64,000 nucleotides of DNA. It comes from an uncultured delta proteobacterium (GTDB lineage Bacteria > Desulfobacterota > Binatia > UBA9968). The translations under genes were made by a program, and so were the position numbers. Positions 9,269 to 19,184 of the stretch are shown here, in pieces; position 1 is the first letter of the stretch, and each line of letters starts with the position of its first letter. Location: the NCBI GenBank assembly GCA_963727625.1, contig CAVSHR010000005.1:1-64000 (forward strand). Reading direction: 5' to 3'. The notes beneath the pieces are model-generated. The model had not been told where the DNA came from, ran no database searches, and saw only the letters and a list, made by a program, of their open reading frames with translations.

Positions 9269-10156
9269 ATGGCCAAGAAAACCGTTGCATTGCTTCATCC
9301 TGGCAATATGGGCGTCACCATCGGCGCGGCCGCCGCCGCAAGCGGCGCGCGGGTTTTGTGGGCGTCGAGCGGTCGCGGTCAGGCCTCGCGCAAACGCGCC
9401 GAACAAGCCGGATTGCTTGACGCCGGCACGCTCACCGGTGCGGTGCGCCAATGTGACATCATCCTGTCGGTCTGCCCGCCCCATGCCGCCGTCGAGGTCG
9501 CCCGCGCGGTGGCGGCGGAGAATTTCACCGGGATTTACCTCGACGCCAACGCGGTGTCGCGCGCCACCGCGGAAGAAATCGGCACCATCATCAGCGCCGC
9601 CGGCGCCAGCTTCGTCGACGGCGGCATCATCGGTTCACCGGTCAAGCAAGCCGGCACGACCCGTCTCTATTTATCCGGCGCGCGCGCCGCAGAGATCGCC
9701 GAGCTTTTCCAAGGCAGCATGCTCGACGCCCGGCCCATCGGCGCCGTGCCGGGGCAAGCGTCGGCATTAAAAGTCGCCTATGCCGCCTGGACCAAAGGCA
9801 CCGACGCTCTGGTGCTGGCGATCCGCGCCTTCGCAACCCATGAAGGCGTCGATCATGCGCTGCTCGAACAGTGGTCGATTTCGCAACCCGCGCTGGCAAA
9901 AAAATGCGACCGCGCCGCCGCTGTGGCCGTTCCCAAGATGTGGCGCTATGTCGGTGAAATGAAGGAGATCGCCGAGGCCTTCGAGAGCGCCGGTTTACCG
10001 GGCGGTTTTCACAACGCCGCGGCTGAGCTCTGTGAACGATTGGCCGATTTCAAAGATCAAACCGAGCCGGGGCCCACCCTGGCCGCCGTCGTCAACGTCT
10101 TGGCCAACGGCGCCCCGGACCGAACCAGATCGACCGCTCTACTCGGTCGAAAATAG
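9269..10156 (+). CDS. NAD(P)-dependent oxidoreductase, 6PGD/3-hydroxyisobutyrate-DH-like (DUF1932 type)
   Basis: HPGNMG, DANAVS, FVDGGIIG, ASALK and WRYVGEM motifs; AGGAGG RBS. Confidence 0.85.
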   Translation: MAKKTVALLHPGNMGVTIGAAAAASGARVLWASSGRGQASRKRAEQAGLLDAGTLTGAVRQCDIILSVCPPHAAVEVARAVAAENFTGIYLDANAVSRATAEEIGTIISAAGASFVDGGIIGSPVKQAGTTRLYLSGARAAEIAELFQGSMLDARPIGAVPGQASALKVAYAAWTKGTDALVLAIRAFATHEGVDHALLEQWSISQPALAKKCDRAAAVAVPKMWRYVGEMKEIAEAFESAGLPGGFHNAAAELCERLADFKDQTEPGPTLAAVVNVLANGAPDRTRSTALLGRK

Positions 10157-10597
10157 CAAAAACTGTTCATAGCATTGTCCCGCCGCAACACCTTACCCAA
10201 AAAGTGTTGCACTTCGTTTGTCAATTTAAGGAATTCAGGCGATGTCTGTTTTCAGACCGACATCGAACCTGGATGCCCGCGGGAGTTTATCCTGAGTCCT
10301 GCGAAGGACCGGCATGACAAGCTTTCGCTTCGCCTCAAAGCAAGAAATTTCAACCTTCCCCGAGAGAGACATTAATTTTCGACAAATTGTTCCCGAAAGG
10401 GAGAGCAAGTCCCCGGACAATCTCCCCCTCGGCGGCAAAAAATCGTTCCGGCAAAAGGGCTAAATTACGTCGATTTACCCGATCGACATGATTTGGGAGG
10501 CTTTGACATCCATCGATGTCTCTTATAACTACAGTCCATGCGATGGTGCTAACTAAACGACTTCGAGAGGTCGAAGTTCCATCGTGGGTTCAACTCG

Positions 10598-10930
10598 ATG
10601 CTTATGGAAAACCTCGGTTACATTCTTTCGGAAGTCCCCATCTTTGTTTTGATCGTATGGTTCGCCGTCAAGCTAGTGCAGTATCGCCGATACCGCAGGA
10701 ACCAACCGATTTTTTCCGATGAGGATCGCCAGTTGCTCCGTCGCAGCGTCAAGCCAAATTTTGCCTCGCCGGTGTTTCGATTGAGAATCGTGCGCGCCAT
10801 TCTTGCGGTCACGGCGGCAATTTACGTCGAATTTCTTATTCTCGCCCCTTTCGGCGCCGGCATTTTAACCGGCGTGCTGCTCTTGACCAGTGCGGTGATA
10901 GTGCGCCAGATCATAATGTTCGATGCTTGA
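10598..10930 (+). CDS. Small hypothetical membrane protein
   Basis: 110 aa with three hydrophobic segments. Confidence 0.6.
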   Translation: MLMENLGYILSEVPIFVLIVWFAVKLVQYRRYRRNQPIFSDEDRQLLRRSVKPNFASPVFRLRIVRAILAVTAAIYVEFLILAPFGAGILTGVLLLTSAVIVRQIIMFDA

Positions 10931-11030
10931 GTGTTTATCGGGGCATGCGAGTTTTTCTTGCGTCGAAGGGAAATCTTTTGATAAAAGAGCTGAAATATTG
11001 CAAAAGCCAACACATTATTGATCGTCCCGT

Positions 11031-11749
11031 TTGCCTGCCGCACTCCTGCGCATTCTAATTATTGCACCAGCTCTTGCGCTCAACCTGAGCTGCGCCCAGA
11101 CGGTGGTCCGGCCGATCGCGCGCAGTGCCGATAAAAATCTGTCCCCGCCGGCGCGCGTCCTGATCTACGATTTCGCGTTTAACGTCTCTAACCTGAGCGA
11201 ATACCAGGGCATCCTGCGCCAGCAGCCGTCGATCAGAAATCCGCAAGAGCGTCAGCGCCAACTCGGCAAGGCGGTGAGTGAAACCGTCGCGGTCAACCTG
11301 ACCGACCGGCTACGGCGCATGGGTTTTACAGTAGAGCGTGCAACAAGAAGGACCTTGCCGAAAAACGCGATCTGGTCATCGATGAAGGCAGTCCGTTGCG
11401 CCGACTGGCGGTCGGGTTCGGGTCGGGCGCCGCCAAGCTCGAAACCCGAGTGCATGTTTTCGGCGCCGGTGAGCGAAATAAACTGCTGGAGTTTGCCACC
11501 CCCGCCGATAGCGGCCGGCTCCCGGGCGCGGCCGTGACGTTACCGGTCGGTGCGGCGCTTCCCACCGGTCTGAGCCTCGGCGTCGCGGCCGGCAGCGCAG
11601 TTGCGAATGGCTTCAACGAAACTTTTTCCAACGTCAATCAAATGGCCGTCGCGAGCGCCGAACAGACGATCCGCTATTTGACTGAATTTTTTGCCCGACA
11701 AGGCTGGATCCGTCCGGCCACGGTTTACAAACCAGCCCCTCGTTCGTAA
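11031..11749 (+). pseudogene. DUF4410-like lipoprotein, frameshifted near 11360-11390
   Basis: The first frame gives a lipoprotein-like signal and RVLIYDF. The second frame gives DEGSPLRRLAVGFGSGAAKL...FFARQGWI. Confidence 0.65.
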
Positions 11750-11803
11750 AAAAGTCTGCCGGCCCGGAAAGAGTATCCTTGATCGTGGGGCGAGTCTTTC
11801 GGC

Positions 11804-12265
11804 TCACGCTTTCACTTGCACCGTGATTTCGGTTTCCACCGGCGAGTCCTGGCTGAGCGATGCCACGCCCACCGCCGCGCGGGTGTGCTCGCCGCGTTCA
11901 CCCCAGAGCTGCACCAGCAAATCCGACTCGCCGTTCACGACTTTCGGCATATCGATAAAGCCCGGCGCCACATTGACATAGCCAAGCACTTTGACGATGC
12001 GCTCGACCTTGTCGAGATCGCCGAGCGCCGCTTTCATGATCGCGAGATGATTGAGCGCGCAATTTCGCGCCGCGTCGTAGGCCTGTTCCAGCGTCACGCC
12101 ATCACCCACTTTGCCGCGATACTTGAGCACGCCGTTGATGCGCCCGATGTTGCCGCCGATGAATAATAAGTTGCCGACGCGGACGTAGCCGATGTAGGCG
12201 GCGGCCGGCACGGGGACAGCGGGCAAATCGCAACCGAGCTGCTTTAGCTTATTCTCGATTTCCAT
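11804..12265 (-). CDS. RidA/YjgF family protein
   Basis: Rid motifs AARNCALN, VVNGESDL and HTRAAVGV..L....PVE. Confidence 0.93.
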   Translation of the reverse strand: MEIENKLKQLGCDLPAVPVPAAAYIGYVRVGNLLFIGGNIGRINGVLKYRGKVGDGVTLEQAYDAARNCALNHLAIMKAALGDLDKVERIVKVLGYVNVAPGFIDMPKVVNGESDLLVQLWGERGEHTRAAVGVASLSQDSPVETEITVQVKA

Positions 12266-12686
12266 AGCGTTCTCCTTGAGCTGTTAGAATTCCGCCGAGC
12301 GCCGACTTTATTGGACTATTCCGCAGCGATGCAAGCCGGCCATTGCTGACCAGTGATTCAGTGAGCTAAAGATCGCTCCCTTCGTTCGAGACGACCGACC
12401 CGATACTTTGTTGGCATTCCGAGCGGAAGCGAGGCATCTTTTCCTGCGGTACGATTCGTGGCCAACTGTAACGGAACCACGACCTCTAAGCGCACACTCG
12501 AAGCGATTAAGGCAACCCCACCCGCCGCCGCCAAAGCGGATCCGACGGCTTTTATCGATGCCAGTTTCGTCGATCAACTGCTCAAGGAGGTTTATTTTCG
12601 TTAGACCCGGGCCACTTTCAAACAAGTTTACTAAACCGTTGATCGGTTCGACAAGATGGCTTGAGTTTAAAAATGTTTTTCGCGCC

Positions 12687-12712
12687 GTAAACTTTCCGCA
12701 ACCGCCGTCGTC
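12687..12712 (+). promoter_or_regulatory. Putative ECF-sigma promoter
   Basis: GTAAAC-N16-CGTC upstream of a Spy/CpxP-like gene. Confidence 0.4.
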
Positions 12713-12748
12713 CAATCAATCAAGATTCCACACCCTAGAGGAGGGTTT

Positions 12749-13264
12749 ATGAACCGAATTCGTAGGTTTATCTTAGGCGGCGCAGTCTTAGCCTTGGCGG
12801 CGGGGCCGATAACCGTGGCTTTGGTGAGAGCCCAGGACGGCAGCGCCGGGCCGGCCAAGCGGCCGTTCGCGCGTGGCGAGCGGATACGCAGCGGATTTGC
12901 CGGCGCGCCGCTTATCAGCATCGCGCTCAGACACAAGGACGAGCTCAGCTTGACAGAGGATCAAGTCGCCAACCTGGAGAAAATCAAAGAACAATATCAA
13001 AGCCAGGTTGCGCCCATGCACCAGCAACTCACGGCCAACGAGAAGGAAATTGCTGCGCTGACGCAGCAATCGCCGGCCAACTTGATCCAGATCAAGATCA
13101 AGATCCAGGAGAGTGAGAAATACCGCTCCGAGCTTCGCTATCTGCGCATCGAAGCGCTTGAGAACGGCAAATCGATATTGACGACGGCCCAACAGGATCA
13201 GCTAAAACCTCTCCTCCGGTCACCGCGGGGCCATTTCCGCGGCCCGCAGGAACAGCCTTCCTAG
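12749..13264 (+). CDS. Spy/CpxP-like periplasmic chaperone (LTXXQ motifs)
   Basis: Signal peptide; LSLTEDQ and ILTTAQQ motifs; helical composition. Confidence 0.8.
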   Translation: MNRIRRFILGGAVLALAAGPITVALVRAQDGSAGPAKRPFARGERIRSGFAGAPLISIALRHKDELSLTEDQVANLEKIKEQYQSQVAPMHQQLTANEKEIAALTQQSPANLIQIKIKIQESEKYRSELRYLRIEALENGKSILTTAQQDQLKPLLRSPRGHFRGPQEQPS

Positions 13265-13285
13265 ATATGCCGCGGCGATCGCTCC

Positions 13286-13323
13286 AAAGGCCCGGCTCTA
13301 AAGTTAGATCCGGGCCTTTTTTT
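13286..13323 (+). terminator. Rho-independent terminator
   Basis: AAAGGCCCGG...CCGGGCC stem followed by a T7 run. Confidence 0.8.
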
Positions 13324-13409
13324 GGATGTGGGCGCATAGCTAAGATCCTTATCGGCAAGCTGGAAACCGGCGCAAAATGACGTAAAATTATTTGTCGAAG
13401 GTTGAGCTA

Positions 13410-14078
13410 ATGCCGACTGCAACGATATCCGCTTTGATATTCGATTTGGACGGCTTGCTCGCCGACACTGAGCGCCTGCACTGCCAAGCCTACCAGATGG
13501 CATTGTCGGAGAGCGGCGTGCAGTTAGGCGAGGCCGACTATGCTGATCACTGGGTGCGCTCAGGCAAGGGCATTGCGGACTGGGTGGCCATGCATAACCT
13601 GGCGCTGGACCCCCATGCTCTCCGCCTGCGCAAGGCGCAGCACTATCTCGACCTGCTCGCGTCCTCCTTACGGCCCATGGAAGGCGCCTTGGAAATTCTT
13701 GCCGCGTTCCACGGCCGCATCAAAATCGCCCTGGCATCCTCATCCTATCGGGACGCCGTCGACGGTGTTCTAGGCGGGCTCGAGATCGAGCATTATTTCG
13801 AGGCGATCGTCAGCGGTCTCGACGTTCAACAGGTTAAACCGGCCCCGGAGATATTTCTCAAAGCGGCGCGGGATCTCGCCGTCGAGCCGGCGCAATGCCT
13901 GGTCTTGGAAGACGCCGAAAAAGGCGTCATAGCGGCGCACCGCGCCGGCATGCGCTGTATCGCCGTGCCCAATGACTACACGCGGCAACATGATTTCTCC
14001 AGGGCGACAAAAGTCTGTTTATCCCTGAAGGAAATCACTCCGGACTTGCTGCGACGGCTGGACACCGACTGGCGATAA
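13410..14078 (+). CDS. HAD-family phosphatase (beta-PGM/CbbY-like)
   Basis: FDLDGLLADTE, ASSS, KPAPEIF and LEDA motifs. Confidence 0.92.
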   Translation: MPTATISALIFDLDGLLADTERLHCQAYQMALSESGVQLGEADYADHWVRSGKGIADWVAMHNLALDPHALRLRKAQHYLDLLASSLRPMEGALEILAAFHGRIKIALASSSYRDAVDGVLGGLEIEHYFEAIVSGLDVQQVKPAPEIFLKAARDLAVEPAQCLVLEDAEKGVIAAHRAGMRCIAVPNDYTRQHDFSRATKVCLSLKEITPDLLRRLDTDWR

Positions 14079-14294
14079 GAGAGAATCCATAAGCAGACCT
14101 TGGAGTGATCCGGATTTGCAAAAAGTACTATCATGGCGGTCCTTATCCTGATCCCCCACTCTATCGTGCCGGCGCCAAGGTCGATCAACGATTCGGACTG
14201 GTCGAGCCGCCGTAACGGGAACGCCCTTGCAGTCGCCAACGCCCTGACGTAGTTTTAACCCACGTAAATCAACGACAAGGAGTTCATAGCAGCC

Positions 14295-15293
14295 ATGGCT
14301 TCCACCGAGCTTATCGTCGATGTCCATCACCATTACATGCCCGCGACGCTCTTCGACCGCCTCGCCGCCCAGGCCGGTGGCAAACGGATCGTCACCAACG
14401 AGATCAGCCTGACCCTCAATCCGTCGCGCAAAGACCTTGAAGCGCATATCAAGTGCATGGACGAGGCCGGCATCACCGTTTCCATTTTGACCGACCAGGT
14501 CCAGGTGATGGGCGCCGAGGTTGCCAAGGCCCTCAACGACGGCATTGCCGAGGTGGAAAAGAAAAATCCGACCCGCTTTCGCGGCTGCATTCATTTGCCG
14601 GTGCACGAGCCCGAAGCGGCCAAGCGCGAGCTCGAACGCGGCATCAATGAATTGGGACTTCGCGCCGTGGCGATGCTCGCCTGCCACCTCGAAATCCAGC
14701 TCGACAACCCGATCATGAATCCGCTTTTCGAGATCATCCAGAAGCACAACTTGCCCATCGTGCTCCATCCGCAATCGAAACCCACCGGCTCGGAAACGAC
14801 CTATAATCTCGACCGCTGCGTGTTTCGCCCGCTGGAAACCACCCAGGCCATCGTGCGCGTCATGAACAGCGTGTTGCCGCGTTATCCTGAGCTGCGCTTT
14901 ATCATGCCCCATCTCGGCGGCGGCACCTCGGCGCTCAAGGGTCGCATGATGGCCTTTTTCGAAACCGAAGATGCCGATGTGCCGAGCGAAATGCGCGGTT
15001 ACCTGAAGACCCAAAACGAACAGAAAAAATTCGGCCTTACGGAGAGATTCGAAAAGCTCTTTCAGCGCCTTTACTTCGATACCGCGGGCACCGGCGCCTG
15101 GCTGCCGGCGATGGCGGCGGCGTTTAACATCACCACTCCGGATCGGATCATGTTTGGCAGCGACTATCCACTGGAATGCAAGACCGCGGCGAATTTGATC
15201 GAATCGCTTAACATGTTGCGCCAGGCACCCTGCTCCGACGCTGACAAGACGGCCATGCTCGGCAAAACCGCCGCCGGGTTATTCAAGCTCTAA
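14295..15293 (+). CDS. Amidohydrolase_2 family protein
   Basis: DVHHH, LHP, PHLGG and FGSDYP motifs. Confidence 0.9.
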   Translation: MASTELIVDVHHHYMPATLFDRLAAQAGGKRIVTNEISLTLNPSRKDLEAHIKCMDEAGITVSILTDQVQVMGAEVAKALNDGIAEVEKKNPTRFRGCIHLPVHEPEAAKRELERGINELGLRAVAMLACHLEIQLDNPIMNPLFEIIQKHNLPIVLHPQSKPTGSETTYNLDRCVFRPLETTQAIVRVMNSVLPRYPELRFIMPHLGGGTSALKGRMMAFFETEDADVPSEMRGYLKTQNEQKKFGLTERFEKLFQRLYFDTAGTGAWLPAMAAAFNITTPDRIMFGSDYPLECKTAANLIESLNMLRQAPCSDADKTAMLGKTAAGLFKL

Positions 15294-15316
15294 ATACCCT
15301 CAAGAAACCCGCCACG

Positions 15317-15886
15317 ATGAAAATCTACCTGTCGGCCCTGGCCGCCATCTTGTTGAGCGCAGCCGTCGCGTTGACGGCGCACGGCGCCCAGCCGGACCGC
15401 GCCCGCTTGGATCAAATCCAGAAGACCCTCAGCGGCGTCGTGCCGAGGGTCTTGTGCTTGGATGAAAATTTCACCACCGGCGCGCAGCCGACCGGCGACG
15501 CCTACGTCAAAGCAGCCGCGAGCGGCTTTCGCGCGGTCTTGAGCTTGCGGACCGGGAGCGAAGGCATCGACCTGGCGCGCGAGCGCGCCCGAGTGGAAAG
15601 CACCAAGATGCGCTTCTTCAATATTCCAGTGAACTCCGCGGCACCCCGCCGGGAACAAGCCGACGAGTTTCTGCGCTTGACCCGCGATCCGGCCAACCAT
15701 CCGATGTTGATCAATTGCGCCAGCGCCAACCGCGTCGGCGCTTTCATGATGATTTTGCGGGTCGTCGAGCAAGGCTGGAGCCAGGAAAAGGCGCTGGAGG
15801 AAGCTAAACGCATCGGTTTGAGCAGCGCGGCGCTCAAACAGTTCGCGCTAAATTACATCGCCGGTCGAAAATCGCCGCGCCGATGA
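15317..15886 (+). CDS. Exported PTP-like/DUF442 sulfurtransferase-phosphatase domain protein
   Basis: Signal peptide; GAQP, GFRAVLSLR and a CX5R loop (INCASANR). Confidence 0.8.
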   Translation: MKIYLSALAAILLSAAVALTAHGAQPDRARLDQIQKTLSGVVPRVLCLDENFTTGAQPTGDAYVKAAASGFRAVLSLRTGSEGIDLARERARVESTKMRFFNIPVNSAAPRREQADEFLRLTRDPANHPMLINCASANRVGAFMMILRVVEQGWSQEKALEEAKRIGLSSAALKQFALNYIAGRKSPRR

Positions 15887-15914
15887 AATCCAAGAAAAGT
15901 CTCCGCCGCATCCG

Positions 15915-16565
15915 GTGGTCGCGAAACTACAATCCCGCACCCGGCTTGAAGTGAACCAGGCGATTCCATGTTTAGCCGCTGCCGCGCTGATCCTGGTGCC
16001 CGCCGGGGCTCTGCGCGCGCAGCAAAGCCAAGTACCGTTCGGACAACAATTTTTTCCGCGGGACAAGATCGTTGCGCCGATTGTGCTGTGCATCGACGAC
16101 AAACCCAACGGCGGCGGCCAGCCCTCGGCCCGAGCTTACGCCAAGGCTGCAGCCAATGGCTTTCGCTCGGTCTTGACGCTGCGCTCTGCTGCCGACGGCG
16201 TCAATCCCCTCACCGAGCGCTTCATGGTCGAACAGAATCAGCTGCGCTATTTCAACATTCCCGCCACGACTCAATTGCCCAGCCGCGAGCCGGTCGATGA
16301 GTTTCTCCGTCTGGCGCGCGACCAAGCCAATCAGCCGATGCTGATCAATTGCGCCTTCGCCGAGCGCGTCGCTCCTTTCATGATGATCTTTCGGATCGTC
16401 GAACAGGGATGGACCCGGGAAAAGGCGCTCAAAGAAGCGACGGCAAGCGGTTTGAAAGCCGCGCCGCTGAAAAGATTCGCAGCGTCCTATTTATCGCGTC
16501 GCCAGCCGAAACCGGACGCCGCTGCTCCGACGACGGCAAATAAACCCATTAAAGATAAAAAATAG
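15915..16565 (+). CDS. Paralogous exported PTP-like/DUF442 protein (start possibly GTG at 15951)
   Basis: GGQP, GFRSVLTLR and INCAFAER; clear paralog of the upstream gene. Confidence 0.75.
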   Translation: MVAKLQSRTRLEVNQAIPCLAAAALILVPAGALRAQQSQVPFGQQFFPRDKIVAPIVLCIDDKPNGGGQPSARAYAKAAANGFRSVLTLRSAADGVNPLTERFMVEQNQLRYFNIPATTQLPSREPVDEFLRLARDQANQPMLINCAFAERVAPFMMIFRIVEQGWTREKALKEATASGLKAAPLKRFAASYLSRRQPKPDAAAPTTANKPIKDKK

Positions 16566-16571
16566 AGGCCG

Positions 16572-17138
16572 CTAAGCGCCCAGCGCAGCCACGCAGCGCT
16601 CGACGAGCCTGGCCGGATCGCTTTCGAAGATTATTTTTCCTGCTGTAGGTTTATTGCAGAACTCGGCGATCGTGCGGACATGGTCGGCGATGCCGCCGCT
16701 GCCTTCGATCACGCCGATGATTTTTCCCTCGTCGTAAGCGATGGTGAATTCGTTGAGCGTGCCGGTGGCGCCGCCGAAGATCAGCACGATATCCGCCGAA
16801 CGGACGTTGATGACATTGCGTCCTTTGTAGCCGAAGCCGGTGTAGATGATCACATCGGCGCCCTCCTCGGGCAGACCGTAGCGCGCCACATGCTCTCGGC
16901 GATTCTCGGCCGGCGACACGCCAAGGGCGAAGCCGCCGTTTTTGCGAAACGCCCTGGCGACCAGATCCGGCAATCCGGTGGTCGCCCCGGTCATTAGAAA
17001 ACAGTCGTGCCGGGCGATCGCCGCGCCGAGTTGCTCGGCAAGGGTCTGGACTCGGGCCGCTTCGGCCGCCGTCAGTGCGTCGTTGGCCGACGCGCCCATC
17101 ACGCCGACAATCGGTTTGCGCAAGGATCGAACGGCCAT
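16572..17138 (-). CDS. SLOG/LOG-family nucleotide-binding protein
   Basis: TGATTG, GRNVINV and GGATGTLNE motifs. Confidence 0.85.
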   Translation of the reverse strand: MAVRSLRKPIVGVMGASANDALTAAEAARVQTLAEQLGAAIARHDCFLMTGATTGLPDLVARAFRKNGGFALGVSPAENRREHVARYGLPEEGADVIIYTGFGYKGRNVINVRSADIVLIFGGATGTLNEFTIAYDEGKIIGVIEGSGGIADHVRTIAEFCNKPTAGKIIFESDPARLVERCVAALGA

Positions 17139-17186
17139 AGCTCCCAGACGCTCTGAAAATCAGAGCGCCACCCCGGTAATTTCGCT

Positions 17187-18392
17187 CTAGATGACTTTTT
17201 CTTGCTTCAATGCTTCGATCGCCGCGCGATCGTAGCCAAGCTCGCCCAGGATCGCTTGGTTATTCTCTCCCAATGAAGGTATGCGATCGTAGCGCGCTTC
17301 GCTGCCGGACATCTTGAGCGCGTTGGCGATGACCGGCACTTTGCCCACCGGCGATTCGGCTTCCCGGATCAGTTTGCGCGCCGCCACCTGCGGATGGGCC
17401 AGCACCTGCGCGATGCCGCGCACGATGCCGTGCGGCAGCCCGGCTTTCTTGAGCTGGTCGAGCCAATGGGTGTGATCCTTTTCGAGAAAAATATTTTCAA
17501 TGGTCGCTTCCAAGAGTCCGCGGTTCTTGCGCCGCCCTTCCACCGTGCCGAAGCGCGGATCTTGAAGAAGCTCGGGCTTCTCGATGACCCTTTTGCAAAA
17601 GACTTCCCAATCTGACGCGCTGGCCACGGCGAGATTCACATACTCACCGTCGCTGGCAAGATAAGGCCCGTAGGGGGTCACATAGTGATGGCGCATGCCG
17701 ACCCGCGCCGGCTCCTCGCCGGCGTGCCAATAATGATGCGGAAAGTAACCGAGCCACGAGACGATCGAATCGAGCATAGAGACGTCGATCAATTGTCCCT
17801 GCCCGGTTCTTTCCCTTTGATAAAGCGCCAGGAGAATGCCGATGGCCGCATACATGCCGGAGGCAATATCGGCGATGGCGATGCCGGCACGCGCCGGTTT
17901 GTCGGGATAGCCGGTGGTGGCGATGATGCCGCCCTCGCCTTGAATCAGCAAATCGTAGGCTTTCACATCGCGGTAGGGACCGTCCTGACCGTAACCGGAA
18001 AGAGAGCAATAAATCAGCCGCGGATTGAGCTCGCTCAACTTCTCGTAACCGAGCCCTAATCGCCCGGCCACGCCGGGGGCGTAGTTTTCGAAAAAAATAT
18101 CCGATCGCTTCGCCAGCTCCTGGAGAATATCCCGGCCTTTCGCTTTTTTCACGTCGATGGTCAAGCTGCGCTTGTTCCGGTTGAGCCAAACGTAACCGGA
18201 CGAGAGCCCTTTCACCACCGAATCCCACGAGCGAATCACGTCGCCCACGCCGGGGCGTTCGACTTTAATCACCTCCGCGCCCATGTCGGCGAGGAGACAA
18301 GTTGCAAACGGTCCCGACAACACTTGCTCGAAAGCTAATATTTTAACGCCATCCAACGCGCGCGAAGGCTTTAAATTACTCGCCACACTCAC
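17187..18392 (-). CDS. Family III CoA-transferase (CaiB/BaiF)
   Basis: GPFA..LLADMGAEVIKVE, NRNKRS and SGYGQDGPY....AYD motifs. Confidence 0.95.
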   Translation of the reverse strand: MSVASNLKPSRALDGVKILAFEQVLSGPFATCLLADMGAEVIKVERPGVGDVIRSWDSVVKGLSSGYVWLNRNKRSLTIDVKKAKGRDILQELAKRSDIFFENYAPGVAGRLGLGYEKLSELNPRLIYCSLSGYGQDGPYRDVKAYDLLIQGEGGIIATTGYPDKPARAGIAIADIASGMYAAIGILLALYQRERTGQGQLIDVSMLDSIVSWLGYFPHHYWHAGEEPARVGMRHHYVTPYGPYLASDGEYVNLAVASASDWEVFCKRVIEKPELLQDPRFGTVEGRRKNRGLLEATIENIFLEKDHTHWLDQLKKAGLPHGIVRGIAQVLAHPQVAARKLIREAESPVGKVPVIANALKMSGSEARYDRIPSLGENNQAILGELGYDRAAIEALKQEKVI

Positions 18393-18414
18393 CTCTTCTC
18401 TCGGTTCCGACGAT

Positions 18415-18447
18415 TTGAACGGCTTGAACTTTTTGAACGATTTGAAC
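18415..18447. repeat. Four TTGAAC copies at a 9-bp period
   Basis: Copies start at 18415, 18424, 18433 and 18442. Confidence 0.8.
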
Positions 18448-18452
18448 GGGAG

Positions 18453-18962
18453 TTATTTTTTGTCATCTTTGATCTCGGGAAATAAATCCGCCTTCGGCGC
18501 ATGGGCTTTTTTCCACACCATCACGCTGCGGGCATAATCGATGACCACCTTGCCCTCTTGCTGGACGCCGCGCGTGCGCACCTTAATGATGCCCCACTGC
18601 GGCTTCGACTTGGACTCGCGCCTTTCCAGCACCTCGGATTCCGAATAGAGCGTATCGCCGGCAAACAGCGGATTGGGCAGCTTAATCCCGTCCCAGCCCA
18701 AGGCAAAGCCGTTTTCGCTCACGTCCGCCACGCCCATGCCGGCGACAATCGCCAGCGTCAAGGCGCTGTTGATCAAACATTTGCCGAACTCGGTGCGTTT
18801 GCCATATTCGTTGTTGAAATGAATTTGGTTGGTGTTGTTAGTCAGCAAAGTAAACCAGATGTTATCCGCTTCGGTAACGGTGCGTCCTAACCGGCAACGA
18901 TACACATCGCCGACCTCGAAGTCTTCAAAGAACCGGCCTTCCCAGCCTGGCTTAACGGCCAT
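18453..18962 (-). CDS. MaoC-family (R)-specific enoyl-CoA hydratase
   Basis: GRFFEDF.VG, RTVTEADN..F..LT.N...IH and PLFAGDTL motifs. Confidence 0.92.
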   Translation of the reverse strand: MAVKPGWEGRFFEDFEVGDVYRCRLGRTVTEADNIWFTLLTNNTNQIHFNNEYGKRTEFGKCLINSALTLAIVAGMGVADVSENGFALGWDGIKLPNPLFAGDTLYSESEVLERRESKSKPQWGIIKVRTRGVQQEGKVVIDYARSVMVWKKAHAPKADLFPEIKDDKK

Positions 18963-19032
18963 AAATCTCCTCCTCTTTTGGCGCTGAAAGCATTACGCTA
19001 TAGTTCAGCGGAGCGCTGAAGCATTCTGCTTT

Positions 19033-19159
19033 CGGGCTGCTCAAAAAGATCTCGGAGGCGAGGCGCGCGAAGTAGCGACGAGCTGAAGCGTACAGCGCTG
19101 GCACGTTGAAGCGCGGCGGACGAGCGTAACGAAGCCCAGGAGTCTTTTTCAGCAGCCTG
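19033..19159. mobile_element. MITE-like element with terminal inverted repeats
   Basis: CGGGCTGCTCAAAAAGA ... TCTTTTTCAGCAGCCTG; non-coding; lies in a divergent intergenic region. Confidence 0.6.
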
Positions 19160-19184
19160 ATACGGCTAATTATAGGAGGAAACA

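Noticed and set aside
14019-15014. Long antisense ORFs (also 19197-20204, 27358-28197, 38147-39091, 46084-46905, 47691-48560)
   Set aside because: These are shadows of well-supported genes in GC-rich DNA and have no motifs of their own.
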